From NCBI GenBank assembly GCA_965112635.1, contig OZ218778.1, positions 2,176,001-2,240,000 of the forward strand: DNA of 64,000 nt. The letters are read 5' to 3'. Shown in pieces: positions 10,200 through 20,311 of the stretch. The translations under genes and the position numbers were made by a program. Source of the stretch: an uncultured bacterium. GTDB taxonomy: Bacteria > Oederibacteriota > Oederibacteriia > Oederibacteriales > Oederibacteriaceae. The notes beneath the pieces were generated by a model, which ran no database searches, had not been told where the DNA came from, and worked only from the letters and a program-made list of their open reading frames with translations. Position 1 is the stretch's first letter, and every line of letters starts with the position of its first letter.

Positions 10200-11135
10200 A
10201 TGGGGAAGAAAAGCCTGCTTTTTTATTTATGCTTTGTATTGTTTTTTGTAGATCAAAATGCCTTTTGTGCGGATCCGGGTACAACAATAGCGCCTTTTCT
10301 GAAGATTGGAGTAGGCGCAAGGGCCACTGGAATGGGTGAAGCGTTTACTGCCGTCGCTGACGACGTGGATGCCATTTTTTGGAATCCAGCCGGCTTGCCT
10401 TCTCTAGATAAACAACAAGCTACCTATATGCGGAATGCTTGGGGACAGGATGTTTATATGGACCATTTTGCCTATGCTAATCCGTTAGGCCATTACGGCG
10501 TTCTGGGGGGTTCCCTCAATTATCTGTGGCTGCCAAGTTTTGAGGCGACTTCCGATAATATGCCGAATGGAACTGGTGAAAATCTGTCTGTTTATAACCT
10601 TGCGGTTACCATTAGTTATGGCTATCAGTTTTTCCCGGAACATAACCTGGGAATTAATTTCAAGATAATCCAAATGGAGTTGGGTCCCTACAACGCCACA
10701 GGATGGGCAATCGACCTGGGTTACCTGTATAAGCCCTATTTATTTCCTTCTTTGCAGCTTGGAGCCACAGTGGAAAATCTAGGTCCTGATGTGCAATTCA
10801 TCTCTGATCTGGAGCGCCTCCCTTTGTTAAGCAGGTGGGGAGCCTATTATAAGTTGTTCAAGGGAGATGAACATCGATTAGGTTTGGCTTCTGACCTAGT
10901 TGCGGGCGTGGAGATCGATCCCTACCTTAGCATGGGTATGGAGTATTGGTATAAAGATACAATCGCTTTGCGTTTAGGATATAAAGCCCAGGAGTATTCT
11001 CCAGGAATAACCCTTGGAATAGGATTGAGAAATTTTGAAGAAAATTTTATAGCCGGTATTGATTATTCATTCGTCAATGAAGACAGTCAGGGCTTGTCCG
11101 GAGCAAACCGTTTCTCAGTAATTTCAGAATTTTAA
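10200..11135 (+). CDS. PorV/PorQ-family outer-membrane beta-barrel
   Basis: Signal peptide; APFLKIGVGARATGMGEAFTAVADD..AIFWNPAGL; ends in aromatic F. Alternative start at 10179. Confidence 0.85.
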   Translation: MGKKSLLFYLCFVLFFVDQNAFCADPGTTIAPFLKIGVGARATGMGEAFTAVADDVDAIFWNPAGLPSLDKQQATYMRNAWGQDVYMDHFAYANPLGHYGVLGGSLNYLWLPSFEATSDNMPNGTGENLSVYNLAVTISYGYQFFPEHNLGINFKIIQMELGPYNATGWAIDLGYLYKPYLFPSLQLGATVENLGPDVQFISDLERLPLLSRWGAYYKLFKGDEHRLGLASDLVAGVEIDPYLSMGMEYWYKDTIALRLGYKAQEYSPGITLGIGLRNFEENFIAGIDYSFVNEDSQGLSGANRFSVISEF

Positions 11136-11161
11136 GGCTTTGATTTTAGGGAAAGAAAATA

Positions 11162-11584
11162 ATGAAGAAATTAGAGTTGATAATTTTGGTTCTTCTTTTT
11201 TTAGGAAAGTTATCCTGTGATGCGAAAGACATACAAATCATTTTAAAAGGACAGAGGTCGTTTAATATCCAGGCAACTGTTGCGGATAATGATGAATTGC
11301 GAGAAAAAGGCTTGATGCTCCAGAGGATCCTGCCAAAACATTCTGGCATGCTTTTTGTTTTCAATAAGCAAGGTGTTTATCGTTTCTGGATGAAAAACAC
11401 CTATCTGCCTTTAACTATAATTTTTCTTGATATCCGGAAGCGGGTGGTAGGGATCCAGGATATGGAACCTTTGAATGAGGCCAAGCGATACTTCCCTGAA
11501 AAGTCTTTTCTATACGCTTTGGAAATAAATCAGAAAATTGCAAAGAGAATAGGTCTCAAAAAAGGCGATCTAGTAGATTTTTGA
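11162..11584 (+). CDS. DUF192 family protein
   Basis: KGLM, GMLFVF, FWMKNTYLPL, YALEIN. Confidence 0.9.
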   Translation: MKKLELIILVLLFLGKLSCDAKDIQIILKGQRSFNIQATVADNDELREKGLMLQRILPKHSGMLFVFNKQGVYRFWMKNTYLPLTIIFLDIRKRVVGIQDMEPLNEAKRYFPEKSFLYALEINQKIAKRIGLKKGDLVDF

Positions 11585-11660
11585 GGTTTAATAATTTAAT
11601 AGATTCTATGATTTTTCATATTGCAGGAGATGGTGACAAATCCTTTTTTATATAGAATTG

Positions 11661-11669
11661 TGCTATAAT
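11661..11669 (+). promoter_or_regulatory. Extended -10 promoter element
   Basis: TGCTATAAT about 37 bp upstream of the TolB-like gene. Confidence 0.5.
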
Positions 11670-11705
11670 CCACTAAATCAAACGAAAAATAATTCGGAGC
11701 ATTAA

Positions 11706-13418
11706 ATGATCAAAAATTGTAGCAAATTGTTATTTATTATCTTGTTTTTTGTATCAATCTTGTCTCCTCTTTCCGCTTTTTCATTAAATAGCCAAATAAA
11801 TTCCAGCGGAAAGATCATATTTGTTTCTGACCGTGATACTACCAAAGAAATTTACATGATGGACGATACCGGTTCAAACCAGAAGAGGATCACCATCAAT
11901 AGTTATGGCAATTGGTCTCCCAGCTGGTCGCCCGTGGGAAACAGGTTGGTTTTTTACTCTAACCGCGATGGAAACTTTCAGATTTATACCATGCTCAATG
12001 ATGGGGCTGACCAAAAAAGATTGCGCAGGAACGGCTTCTCAGAAACCAGCCCGGTTTGGTCTCCCCAGGGAGATAAAATTGCCTTTATTTCGGATGCTAT
12101 GGGTTCAGAATGTCTTTGGGTCATGTCGGCGGATGGAACCAGTGCTACAGTACTTAATCCTAATGACAAAGGATGCAATTCCCCAGCTTGGTCTCCGGAT
12201 GGGACCAAGATCGCTTTCCAAAAAAAGGTCGGCGTACACAACGGGTTAGCGATAGTCCCAGTCAAAGGGGGTCCAGAGGAAATGATTATGAGCGGTGAGG
12301 CCGATTACGACCAGCCGGCCTGGTCGCCAGATGGTGAGGTTCTGGCCTACGTGGTGACCAAAGGTATTTGGATGCCTTCCACCAAAGAGGTTAAAACCAT
12401 CTCTAATATTTTTGTTGCTCAGGCTAAAGATTCTTGGAAGAAGCAAAAGAAAATCACTTTTCAGGGCAATAATTCTCATCCTTGCTGGTATCCAGATGGG
12501 GAAAAGATCGTTTTCCAGTCGGATAGAAAGGGGTACTGGGCACTTTATGAATCCACCCCGGACGGCCAGCACCAGAAAAAGATTACGGAATCAATGGCCA
12601 TTGAGCAGACGCCGCAGGTTTCGCCAGACGGCAAGAAGATTGCATTCACTTATCATTTATATAAAGCGTCACAGATATCCATATTAGAGACAGCCACCGG
12701 GGAGGTTCTCAATATCACTAATCCTGCCTACGACCATGTTTATCCCCACTGGAGTACAAATCCCGAGGAATTCGTCTATACCAGTTTTGAAAAGAAATTC
12801 GGATCGATTTCCAGAGCTAACATATCTGGTGTCATTGTTGATAGTGAGGAATCTGTAGACGGCGACCAGCTTGGGCCTATGGAAACACCGGATCAAAAGT
12901 TTTACGTTTATTCTTGGAGTTCAAATGGAAACGGCCAAATTGTATTGATGGATAAGGTGACACGCAAAACAATCAATTTGAGCAACAATAACTTTGACGA
13001 AAGAAATCCCTCAGTTACCTTTGATGGAAGCCAGATCTTTTTTGACAGCAACCGTTCAGGAAAGTATCAGATCTACCGTATCAATATCGACGGGACTTTC
13101 CCTACCGTTTTAAGTGACAGTAAGGCCAATGACCGCCACCCGGTTCTTTCGCCGGATATGACCACGGTCGTTTTTTATTCGGACAGGGACGGCAACGCAG
13201 AAATATACACTTTGAACCTCAATACCCATGCATTAACCAGGTTAACCAATAATTCCGCCTGGGATGGGGATCCCAGTTGGTCTCCGGAAGGGGATTCGAT
13301 CGTTTTCGTGTCCAATAGGGACAGCCGTTTCCAGATTTACAAGATGAAGGCGGATGGAACCAATCTGATTAATCTTTCCAATGACCCCTGGAATGACCTG
13401 CAACCCTTCTGGCATTAA
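11706..13418 (+). CDS. Secreted TolB-like PD40-repeat beta-propeller protein (probably two propellers)
   Basis: Signal peptide; more than 10 repeats of P.WSPDG.KIAF.S.RDG..EIY. Confidence 0.88.
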   Translation: MIKNCSKLLFIILFFVSILSPLSAFSLNSQINSSGKIIFVSDRDTTKEIYMMDDTGSNQKRITINSYGNWSPSWSPVGNRLVFYSNRDGNFQIYTMLNDGADQKRLRRNGFSETSPVWSPQGDKIAFISDAMGSECLWVMSADGTSATVLNPNDKGCNSPAWSPDGTKIAFQKKVGVHNGLAIVPVKGGPEEMIMSGEADYDQPAWSPDGEVLAYVVTKGIWMPSTKEVKTISNIFVAQAKDSWKKQKKITFQGNNSHPCWYPDGEKIVFQSDRKGYWALYESTPDGQHQKKITESMAIEQTPQVSPDGKKIAFTYHLYKASQISILETATGEVLNITNPAYDHVYPHWSTNPEEFVYTSFEKKFGSISRANISGVIVDSEESVDGDQLGPMETPDQKFYVYSWSSNGNGQIVLMDKVTRKTINLSNNNFDERNPSVTFDGSQIFFDSNRSGKYQIYRINIDGTFPTVLSDSKANDRHPVLSPDMTTVVFYSDRDGNAEIYTLNLNTHALTRLTNNSAWDGDPSWSPEGDSIVFVSNRDSRFQIYKMKADGTNLINLSNDPWNDLQPFWH

Positions 13419-13430
13419 GTCGAGACGCTC

Positions 13431-14384
13431 ATGAGAAGGAAACCCTTCCTCTTTATCTCAGTTATTGTGGTCACAATAATCCTGATCTTTACCGCCTATG
13501 AGGGTTTGAAAACAGTTCTTGCCCTTAAGGGAACCCGGAGTTTGAGCAAAAGTCTTTTGGGTAAAAAGATCGTGGTAATCAATCTCTTCGGGGAGATCGG
13601 CGAGGGGACGGCCCGCCAGATCATGGAGTCTCTGGATAAATATATCGACGATGATTTGACCAGCGCGGTAGTGCTGCGCATCGATTCGCCGGGAGGCACC
13701 GTGGCTGCGTCGCAGGAAATTTACGAAGAGATACAGAAATTCAAGAAGTCAGGCAAAAAAGTCGTAGCGTCGATCGCTGATATGGGTGCGTCGGGTGGAT
13801 ATTACGTTGCTTGTTCGGCGGACAAGATTATGGCTGACGAGGGGAGTATCACGGGATCCATCGGCGTGATCGCCGAGTTTTCTAACCTGGAAGGACTTAT
13901 CAAGAAAATCGGCGTGAAGTTTGAGGTGATAAAGAGCGGCGATTACAAGGATGCTGGTTCGCCCTGGAGATCATTGACAAAGAAAGAAAAGGGTCTTTTT
14001 GAGGCGACGGTCAACGATCTTTATGAACAGTTCGTCGGGGCGGTCATTTTGGGCCGCCAAAACGCTTTTAAAGCATTTATTGCCAAACAAAGCAACGTTC
14101 CCTCAAAAGAGGTTAATCCCGAACAGATCCGGGATATGGTTCATTCCCTTGCTAAAGGCCAGATATTTTCCGGGAAAGAGGCTTGCCGCCTGGGTTTGAT
14201 CGATTCTGTGGGGGACCTCAACGACGCAGTGGATCTTGCTGCCCGATTAGCGGGTATTGTGGGCAAACCGATCCTGGTCAACGAAAAGAAAAAATTTTCT
14301 ATCTTTGGTCTTTTGGACAGCCTGAGTCAGTTCCCGAAGTTAGCCTCTCCTTCCCAAACCTACATTGGATATCGGCTTTATTAA
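13431..14384 (+). CDS. sppA: Signal peptide peptidase SppA (S49, 36K type)
   Basis: RIDSPGG, ASGGYYVA, TGSIGVI, KSGDYKD. Confidence 0.93.
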   Translation: MRRKPFLFISVIVVTIILIFTAYEGLKTVLALKGTRSLSKSLLGKKIVVINLFGEIGEGTARQIMESLDKYIDDDLTSAVVLRIDSPGGTVAASQEIYEEIQKFKKSGKKVVASIADMGASGGYYVACSADKIMADEGSITGSIGVIAEFSNLEGLIKKIGVKFEVIKSGDYKDAGSPWRSLTKKEKGLFEATVNDLYEQFVGAVILGRQNAFKAFIAKQSNVPSKEVNPEQIRDMVHSLAKGQIFSGKEACRLGLIDSVGDLNDAVDLAARLAGIVGKPILVNEKKKFSIFGLLDSLSQFPKLASPSQTYIGYRLY

Positions 14385-14393
14385 TAACACACC

Positions 14394-14433
14394 AAAGGAA
14401 CTGAATAAGGAAAAACAAAACAGTTCCTTTTTT
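14394..14433 (+). terminator. Putative intrinsic terminator
   Basis: 10-bp stem AAAGGAACTG/CAGTTCCTTT with a 17-nt loop and following T's, after sppA. Confidence 0.5.
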
Positions 14434-14500
14434 AAACCAACTGGATGATTGTTTTCTCGGAAGATTCAGTCGGGATTCGTGACTTGAACAGCGGAGAAGA

Positions 14501-15712
14501 ATGATGGAAAAAATATATTCAGTATCTGAAATAATTTCGGAATTACAAGGAGTTTTAGCTGATCATTTTCCGCATAGTTTGTGGGTCACAGGAGAAATTT
14601 CAAATTTTAGCAAATCCCAAGCAGGTCATATTTATTTTACCCTCAAAGACGAGAGCAGCGTACTCAGGTGCGCTATGTTCAGGGGCGCCAACCAATATTT
14701 GAAATTCCAGCCCCAGAACGGACAGCAGGTCCAATGCCGTGGCCGGATCGCAATTTATGAGGCCCGCGGCGAATGCCAGTTGGTGGTTGAATTTTTGGAA
14801 CCCTCAGGGCAAGGTGCTCTTCAGCTCGCGTTTGAACAGTTGAAAGAAAAGCTCAGAAAAGAGGGATTGTTCGAGCCGTCACGCAAGCGCGCGATCCCTT
14901 TTTTGCCTGAGCGCATTGCGGTCGTATCTTCTCCGACGGGCGCGGTCATCCATGACATCATGACCGTCCTGGGAAGGAGATGTCCTCAAATCCAGCTGGT
15001 CCTTTATCCAATCAAAGTCCAGGGTGAAGGTGCGGCGGAATCCATCGAAGACGCTTTCCATCAGATCAATAGCTATGGGGGATTTGATGTAGTCATTTTG
15101 GCCAGAGGCGGGGGTTCTTTAGAAGACCTGTGGCCTTTCAATGAGGAGAAAGTAGCCCGCTCCATAGCGGGTTCCAAGGTGCCGGTCATCTCAGGGGTAG
15201 GCCATGAGGTTGATTTTACTGTTGCCGATTTTGTGGCCGACCTAAGAGCGCCGACCCCTTCGGCAGCGGCTGAATTGGCGGCGCCTGATAGGGGGGAGCT
15301 TTTACGGCAACTGGGATATTACAGGGAAAAAATGGCCCAAAATCTGCTATCATCCTTACAGCAGGCTCGCGAAAGATTTAGTTTTTTGAAGCAAAATAGG
15401 AAATTAAAGAGTCCTCTGGCTATTTTTGAAGGGTTTATTCAGCGTTTGGACCATTATTCAGAGGACCTCAAGTATTCGTTCCTCCAAAGGTTGACCGATA
15501 GTCGGAATAGGTACAAGGAGCTTGCCCGGGCTCTTCAAGCAGTAAGTCCATTGGCGGTCCTGGACAGGGGATACAGCATAACTCTCAAATTACCCGAAAG
15601 GCAAGTCGTCACGGATGCCTCGTTGCTCAAGGAAGGCGATCTTTTAGAGAGCAAGGTAGCCCGGGGTTTGTTGATCTCTAGACTGGAAAAAAAGGGCCGT
15701 GAGAAAGGTTGA
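14501..15712 (+). CDS. xseA: Exodeoxyribonuclease VII large subunit
   Basis: GEISNF...GHIYFTLKD, SPTGAVIHD, VQGEGA, ARGGGSLEDLWPFNEE, GVGHEVD, RAPTPSAAAE. Confidence 0.97.
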   Translation: MMEKIYSVSEIISELQGVLADHFPHSLWVTGEISNFSKSQAGHIYFTLKDESSVLRCAMFRGANQYLKFQPQNGQQVQCRGRIAIYEARGECQLVVEFLEPSGQGALQLAFEQLKEKLRKEGLFEPSRKRAIPFLPERIAVVSSPTGAVIHDIMTVLGRRCPQIQLVLYPIKVQGEGAAESIEDAFHQINSYGGFDVVILARGGGSLEDLWPFNEEKVARSIAGSKVPVISGVGHEVDFTVADFVADLRAPTPSAAAELAAPDRGELLRQLGYYREKMAQNLLSSLQQARERFSFLKQNRKLKSPLAIFEGFIQRLDHYSEDLKYSFLQRLTDSRNRYKELARALQAVSPLAVLDRGYSITLKLPERQVVTDASLLKEGDLLESKVARGLLISRLEKKGREKG

Positions 15713-16046
15713 CCCATTGACACCTAAAAAGTTTGAAGATGCGCTTAATAAACTGGAAATGGTAGTGCAGAAACTAGAGGAGGGGAACCTGCCTTTGGAT
15801 GATTCCCTCAAACTATTTGAGGAAGGTGTGGGCCTGGTTAAATTCTGCTCCAGCAAGCTCAACGAAATAGAGAAGAGGGTCAAAGTTTTGACCAAGGATA
15901 AAGGTGGCAATCTGGTCGAAAGAGATTTTCCCGCGACGGAATCGAAAGAGTCTTTTACAATAGAAACAGAAGGGAGTCTTGAGCCAAAAACAAGGAGCAA
16001 AAAAGCAAGGCCAAGGAAAAATAAAACTCAAGACAATTTGCTCTAA
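15699..16046 (+). CDS. xseB: Exodeoxyribonuclease VII small subunit (with charged C-terminal extension)
   Basis: FEDALNKLEMVVQKLEEGNLPLDDSLKLFEEG; start may be TTG at 15717. Confidence 0.93.
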   Translation: MRKVDPLTPKKFEDALNKLEMVVQKLEEGNLPLDDSLKLFEEGVGLVKFCSSKLNEIEKRVKVLTKDKGGNLVERDFPATESKESFTIETEGSLEPKTRSKKARPRKNKTQDNLL

Positions 16047-16057
16047 TCAGGGATGCG

Positions 16058-16954
16058 ATGGACCTAAAAAAATATTTAAATGACAGAAAAAAATTAGTAG
16101 ACCGTTCTTTGCCTGTCTATCTTCCGGATACCAAGGAATTTCCTCCCAGTCTGCACAAGGCTATGCACTACAGCGTTTTCGCGGGAGGTAAGAGGTTCAG
16201 GCCAATCCTAGTGATGGCTGCTGCCGAAGCGGTTGGTGGTCAAACGAAAAAAGTGATGGCTGTGGCCTGTGCTTTTGAACTTATACATACGTATTCTCTT
16301 ATTCATGATGATTTGCCTTGCATGGATGATGACGATTTCCGGAGGGGGAAACCGACTTGCCACAAAAAGTTTGGCGAAGCGGTCGCCTTATTGGCTGGGG
16401 ATGCCCTTTTGACCCAGGCTTTTTACGTACTGGCCAAGGAAGCCGCCGAACTTCCTGGTCAGCGCCAGAAAAACGCTATGCAGGCAATATCTGGCATTGG
16501 TTTCGCGGCAGGCTCCAAGGGTATGGTCGGTGGACAGGTCGCGGATGTGGAAAACGAGGGCAAGACCATCAGCCTGCCTGTTTTGCAGTATATCCATACT
16601 CATAAAACCGGGGCCATGATCAAAGAAGCCTTAAAGGCAGGGGCAGCTTGGGCTGGGGCATCAGCAGGAGAGATTGGAGCTTTGGCCCAATATGGGGAGA
16701 AAATGGGGCTGGCTTTTCAGATCAGTGATGATATTTTGAACGTTGTCGGTCAGGACAAGGCTATGGGCAAAAAGACCGGAACGGACGCAGCCAGGAAAAA
16801 AGCGACCTATCCAGCCTTTTACGGACTTGCGGATTCCTACCGCGAGGCTGATCTTCTGGTTAACCAGGCTAAGGTTTGCCTGAAAAGGTTCAGCCCTAAA
16901 CGTGTTGAGCCGCTGAGGCATATTGCCGACTACCTCGTGCGTCGCCAAAGTTAA
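16058..16954 (+). CDS. ispA: Farnesyl diphosphate synthase / geranyltranstransferase
   Basis: GGKRFRP, SLIHDDLPCMDDDDFRRGKPT, KTG, AFQISDDIL. Confidence 0.95.
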   Translation: MDLKKYLNDRKKLVDRSLPVYLPDTKEFPPSLHKAMHYSVFAGGKRFRPILVMAAAEAVGGQTKKVMAVACAFELIHTYSLIHDDLPCMDDDDFRRGKPTCHKKFGEAVALLAGDALLTQAFYVLAKEAAELPGQRQKNAMQAISGIGFAAGSKGMVGGQVADVENEGKTISLPVLQYIHTHKTGAMIKEALKAGAAWAGASAGEIGALAQYGEKMGLAFQISDDILNVVGQDKAMGKKTGTDAARKKATYPAFYGLADSYREADLLVNQAKVCLKRFSPKRVEPLRHIADYLVRRQS

Positions 16955-16979
16955 CGCTAATTGTAAAAGGAGTGGTTGA

Positions 16980-17435
16980 GTGCTGAAAGAAATTATTACC
17001 AACCAGATTTTTATAGCTTGTGCTCTGGCCTGGGTCATTGCCCAAGGCATTAAAATGGCCCTGTATTATCGTAAGCATCACAGGCTCAACTTTCGATTGT
17101 TGGTCGGCACGGGCGGGATGCCCAGTTCTCATACTGCATTCGTCATAGCCATGTCCACTATGGTCGGATTGAAGGAAGGGTGGAGCAGCACCTATTTTAT
17201 GATCGCATTATGTTTTTCCTTCGTTACCATGAGCGATGCCGCCGGCGTACGCCGGGCGGTTGGCCGCCAGGCCGCCATGCTGAACATGGTGGTGGACGAT
17301 TTTTATGCAGGCAAGGCTATTCCCCAGGCAAGGCTGATTGAGTTGTTAGGACATACACCCCTGGAAGTATTCGCGGGCGCGTTTTTGGGGATCGCGGTTG
17401 CAGTTTCGATGTATTTCCTGCCTCGTTTGATGTAG
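16980..17435 (+). CDS. Divergent PAP2 family protein (DUF212)
   Basis: GGMPSSH, DAAGVRR, LGHTPLEV. Confidence 0.92.
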   Translation: MLKEIITNQIFIACALAWVIAQGIKMALYYRKHHRLNFRLLVGTGGMPSSHTAFVIAMSTMVGLKEGWSSTYFMIALCFSFVTMSDAAGVRRAVGRQAAMLNMVVDDFYAGKAIPQARLIELLGHTPLEVFAGAFLGIAVAVSMYFLPRLM

Positions 17436-17484
17436 CGAATACCCCAGCTGGGCCAGATTTTATAAAAATGAGGTGAGTTAAAAA

Positions 17485-19386
17485 GTGTCTTTGTTGGAAG
17501 AAATTAGATATCCCCAGGACCTTAGAAGACTAAAGCCAGAGGACCTGCCCGCGTTGGCCCAGGAGTTGCGCGAAGAACTGCTTCGCGATGTCTCCAAGAC
17601 CGGCGGTCATTTGGGGGCGAACCTGGGCGTGGTAGAGCTGACCGTGGCGCTGCACTATTTTTTCAATACCCCGACGGACAAGATCGTCTGGGACGTCAGC
17701 CACCAGGTCTATGTCCACAAGATGCTGACCGGCAGGCGGGAAAAGATGTCCACACTCAGGCAGTACCAGGGTTTGGCCGGCTTCAGCAGGCCCACGGAAA
17801 GCCCTTATGATGTTTTTGGGGCAGGCCATGGTTCTACGGCCATGTCGGCAGGCTTGGGCCTGGTCATGGCTAGGGAGATCACCAAACAGGACTATAAGGT
17901 GGTCGTGGTGGTGGGAGATTCCTCCATGACCGGCGGCATGTCTTTGGAGGCTATGAACCAGGCTGGGCATCTAAAAAAAGGCTTGCTGGTTATCCTGAAC
18001 GACAATGAGTGGGCGATCTCCAAAAGCGTTGGCGCCATGGCCGGTTATCTTAACCGGATCATCACGGGCCATTTTTACCACAAGGCCAAGGCTGCCGCGG
18101 AGCAGGTGATCAAACGTGCGCCGCATCAATTCGTGCAACCCATGCTTCAGCTCGCCCGCCATATTGAAGAAGGAGTCAAAGGTTTGGTCGTGCCGGGTGT
18201 TTTGTTCGAGGAGTTGGGGTTCACCTATTTTGGCCCTGTCGACGGACATAGTATTCCGGCTTTGCTGGAAATCCTTCACAAGATCAAGGTATTCAAAGGT
18301 CCGCTTCTTTTGCACGTCATTACTAAAAAGGGCAAAGGCTACCCGCTGGCGGAAAAGGACCCGGCATGGTCCCACGGTGTGACCCCATTTGATCTGGCCA
18401 CCGGTAAACCCCTTGTCGAGTCTGCGGGGAAGAAGTTCACCGCGATTTTTGGTGATGCGATCGTGGAAGCCGCCGAAAGGGATGACAGGGTCGTGGGCAT
18501 CACGGCCGCCATGACCGATGGGACCGGGCTGGAAAGATTTTCCAAGATCTTCCCGGAGAGGTTCTTTGATGTGGGCATGGCCGAACAGCACGCCATCACT
18601 TTCGCGGCAGGTATGGCCTCCGAAGGACTGCGTCCTGTGGCAGCCATTTACTCGACCTTTTTGCAGAGATCGTTTGACCAAATTCTGCACGATGTCTGCC
18701 TCCAGAATCTTCCTGTGGTTTTTGCCCTGGATCGCGCGGGTTTGGTGGGCGAGGATGGCCCCACTCACCATGGAGTTTTCGACCTTTCCTATCTTCGAAT
18801 GATGCCCAATATGGTGATCATGGCTCCGGCAGACCATGCTGACTTAAAGCTTATGGTCCCCTTTGCGATAGCTTACGAGTCTGGACCTATCGCCATAAGA
18901 TATCCGAGAAGCGCAGGTAAAGAGTCTGTGCAGCCGGGAAAGCCGTGCCCCCCCATAGAAATGGGTAAAGCCGTCATGCTGAGGGAAGGTAAAGAGATCG
19001 TTCTCCTGGCAGTGGGCAACATGGTGGGGCCTGCTTTGGCTGCCGCGGAACTTTTAAGCAAAGAAAACATCCAGGTCGGAGTCGTGAACATGAGGTTTGT
19101 AAAGCCTTTGGACAGGGAGCTTATTTTGGAACTTTCTAAAAAGTATTCCGCTTTTGTGACCATTGAGGACAATGTGGTTGCGGGAGGCATGGGCAGCGGG
19201 GTCCTGGAACTTCTGGAACAAGAGGGTATTAACAGCGTGACCGTTAAATGCCTGGGTATTGGCGACCATTTCGTGGAGCACGGCAGCCTGGACATCCTTT
19301 ATGATAATGAGGGCTTGACGCCTTCCAAGATCCAGCAAATTGTCAGATCATTCCTATCCAACATGAAAAGCAAAGGAAAGGGTTAA
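17485..19386 (+). CDS. dxs: 1-deoxy-D-xylulose-5-phosphate synthase
   Basis: GGHLGANLG, WDVSHQ.Y.HK, GD...GG...EA.N, DVGMAEQHA, DRAGLVGEDGPTH. Confidence 0.97.
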   Translation: MSLLEEIRYPQDLRRLKPEDLPALAQELREELLRDVSKTGGHLGANLGVVELTVALHYFFNTPTDKIVWDVSHQVYVHKMLTGRREKMSTLRQYQGLAGFSRPTESPYDVFGAGHGSTAMSAGLGLVMAREITKQDYKVVVVVGDSSMTGGMSLEAMNQAGHLKKGLLVILNDNEWAISKSVGAMAGYLNRIITGHFYHKAKAAAEQVIKRAPHQFVQPMLQLARHIEEGVKGLVVPGVLFEELGFTYFGPVDGHSIPALLEILHKIKVFKGPLLLHVITKKGKGYPLAEKDPAWSHGVTPFDLATGKPLVESAGKKFTAIFGDAIVEAAERDDRVVGITAAMTDGTGLERFSKIFPERFFDVGMAEQHAITFAAGMASEGLRPVAAIYSTFLQRSFDQILHDVCLQNLPVVFALDRAGLVGEDGPTHHGVFDLSYLRMMPNMVIMAPADHADLKLMVPFAIAYESGPIAIRYPRSAGKESVQPGKPCPPIEMGKAVMLREGKEIVLLAVGNMVGPALAAAELLSKENIQVGVVNMRFVKPLDRELILELSKKYSAFVTIEDNVVAGGMGSGVLELLEQEGINSVTVKCLGIGDHFVEHGSLDILYDNEGLTPSKIQQIVRSFLSNMKSKGKG

Positions 19387-19389
19387 GCC

Positions 19390-20283
19390 TTGAAGAATTT
19401 AGCTTTCAGGCCAGTCCGGCTTCGCCGTCTAGGCGAGCTGGCCAACTTCTTTTCCAAGCACCGTGTTCTTTCCCTGATCACAGCTATTTTCATGGTCGTG
19501 GCCATAGACCAAATCGATTTTCGGACCATTGATGGAATGGGGTTGTCCATTCTGTACCTGGTGCCCATCTTTCTGGTCACTTGGACCTTCGGCAGGAATA
19601 TGGGGGTCCTGACCGCGTGCGTAAGCGCTGTCCTGTGGGGCAAGACCGAGATACGGTCTCATCTTTACCATAAAGACCCCTTTTTGCTTTATTGGAACCT
19701 TTCGGTCCGCCTTGGTTTTTTCCTCATTTTCGTCATCCTCATCTATCTGGTTTCGGAACTGCGCAACGCCATCCAGAGGGAAAGGGAAGCTGCCAGGAGC
19801 GATTTTTTGACCGGCATCGCGAACCGCAAGCATTTTATTGAAACCGCCGAAGTTGAGATCAAAAGGTGTGCTAGGGATAAAAAACCGCTGACGGTAGTTT
19901 ATATTGATTGCGACAATTTCAAGGTTTTGAACGATTCGCAGGGCCACGATGCGGGCGATAAATGTCTCGTGCTTATCTCCAATACTTTAAAAGAGAATAT
20001 CCGTGCCACGGATATGGCTGCCAGGCTGGGCGGGGACGAATTCGCCCTTTTGTTGCCGGGCATGGGGTCTCAAGAGGCCGAGGACCTGGTAGCCCGGGTA
20101 AGACGTTTTCTTAACCAATGGATGAAGATGAGCCGATGGCCGGTCACTTTTAGCATCGGTGTCGGCACATTCTCACATCCCAAGGGACCAGTAGATGAAA
20201 TCATGAAAAAAGTGGACCATGTGATGTATAGCGTCAAACGCACCACCAAGAACGCCATGAAACAAAAAGCATTCAAGTCGTAG
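19390..20283 (+). CDS. Membrane-bound diguanylate cyclase (GGDEF)
   Basis: N-terminal TM region; DFLTGIANR, DCDNFK.LND..GH..GD; RATD I-site five residues before GGDEF. Confidence 0.92.
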   Translation: MKNLAFRPVRLRRLGELANFFSKHRVLSLITAIFMVVAIDQIDFRTIDGMGLSILYLVPIFLVTWTFGRNMGVLTACVSAVLWGKTEIRSHLYHKDPFLLYWNLSVRLGFFLIFVILIYLVSELRNAIQREREAARSDFLTGIANRKHFIETAEVEIKRCARDKKPLTVVYIDCDNFKVLNDSQGHDAGDKCLVLISNTLKENIRATDMAARLGGDEFALLLPGMGSQEAEDLVARVRRFLNQWMKMSRWPVTFSIGVGTFSHPKGPVDEIMKKVDHVMYSVKRTTKNAMKQKAFKS

Positions 20284-20311
20284 CCTTTTCCGCCGGACCA
20301 AAGGACGAAAA

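Noticed and set aside
11706-13418. Calling this gene tolB
   Set aside because: No TolB N-terminal domain seen and no tolQRA/pal neighbours; only PD40 repeats.
17530-19338. Antisense ORFs over dxs (e.g. 17971..18837, 288 aa)
   Set aside because: Codon-bias shadows of a well-supported gene.
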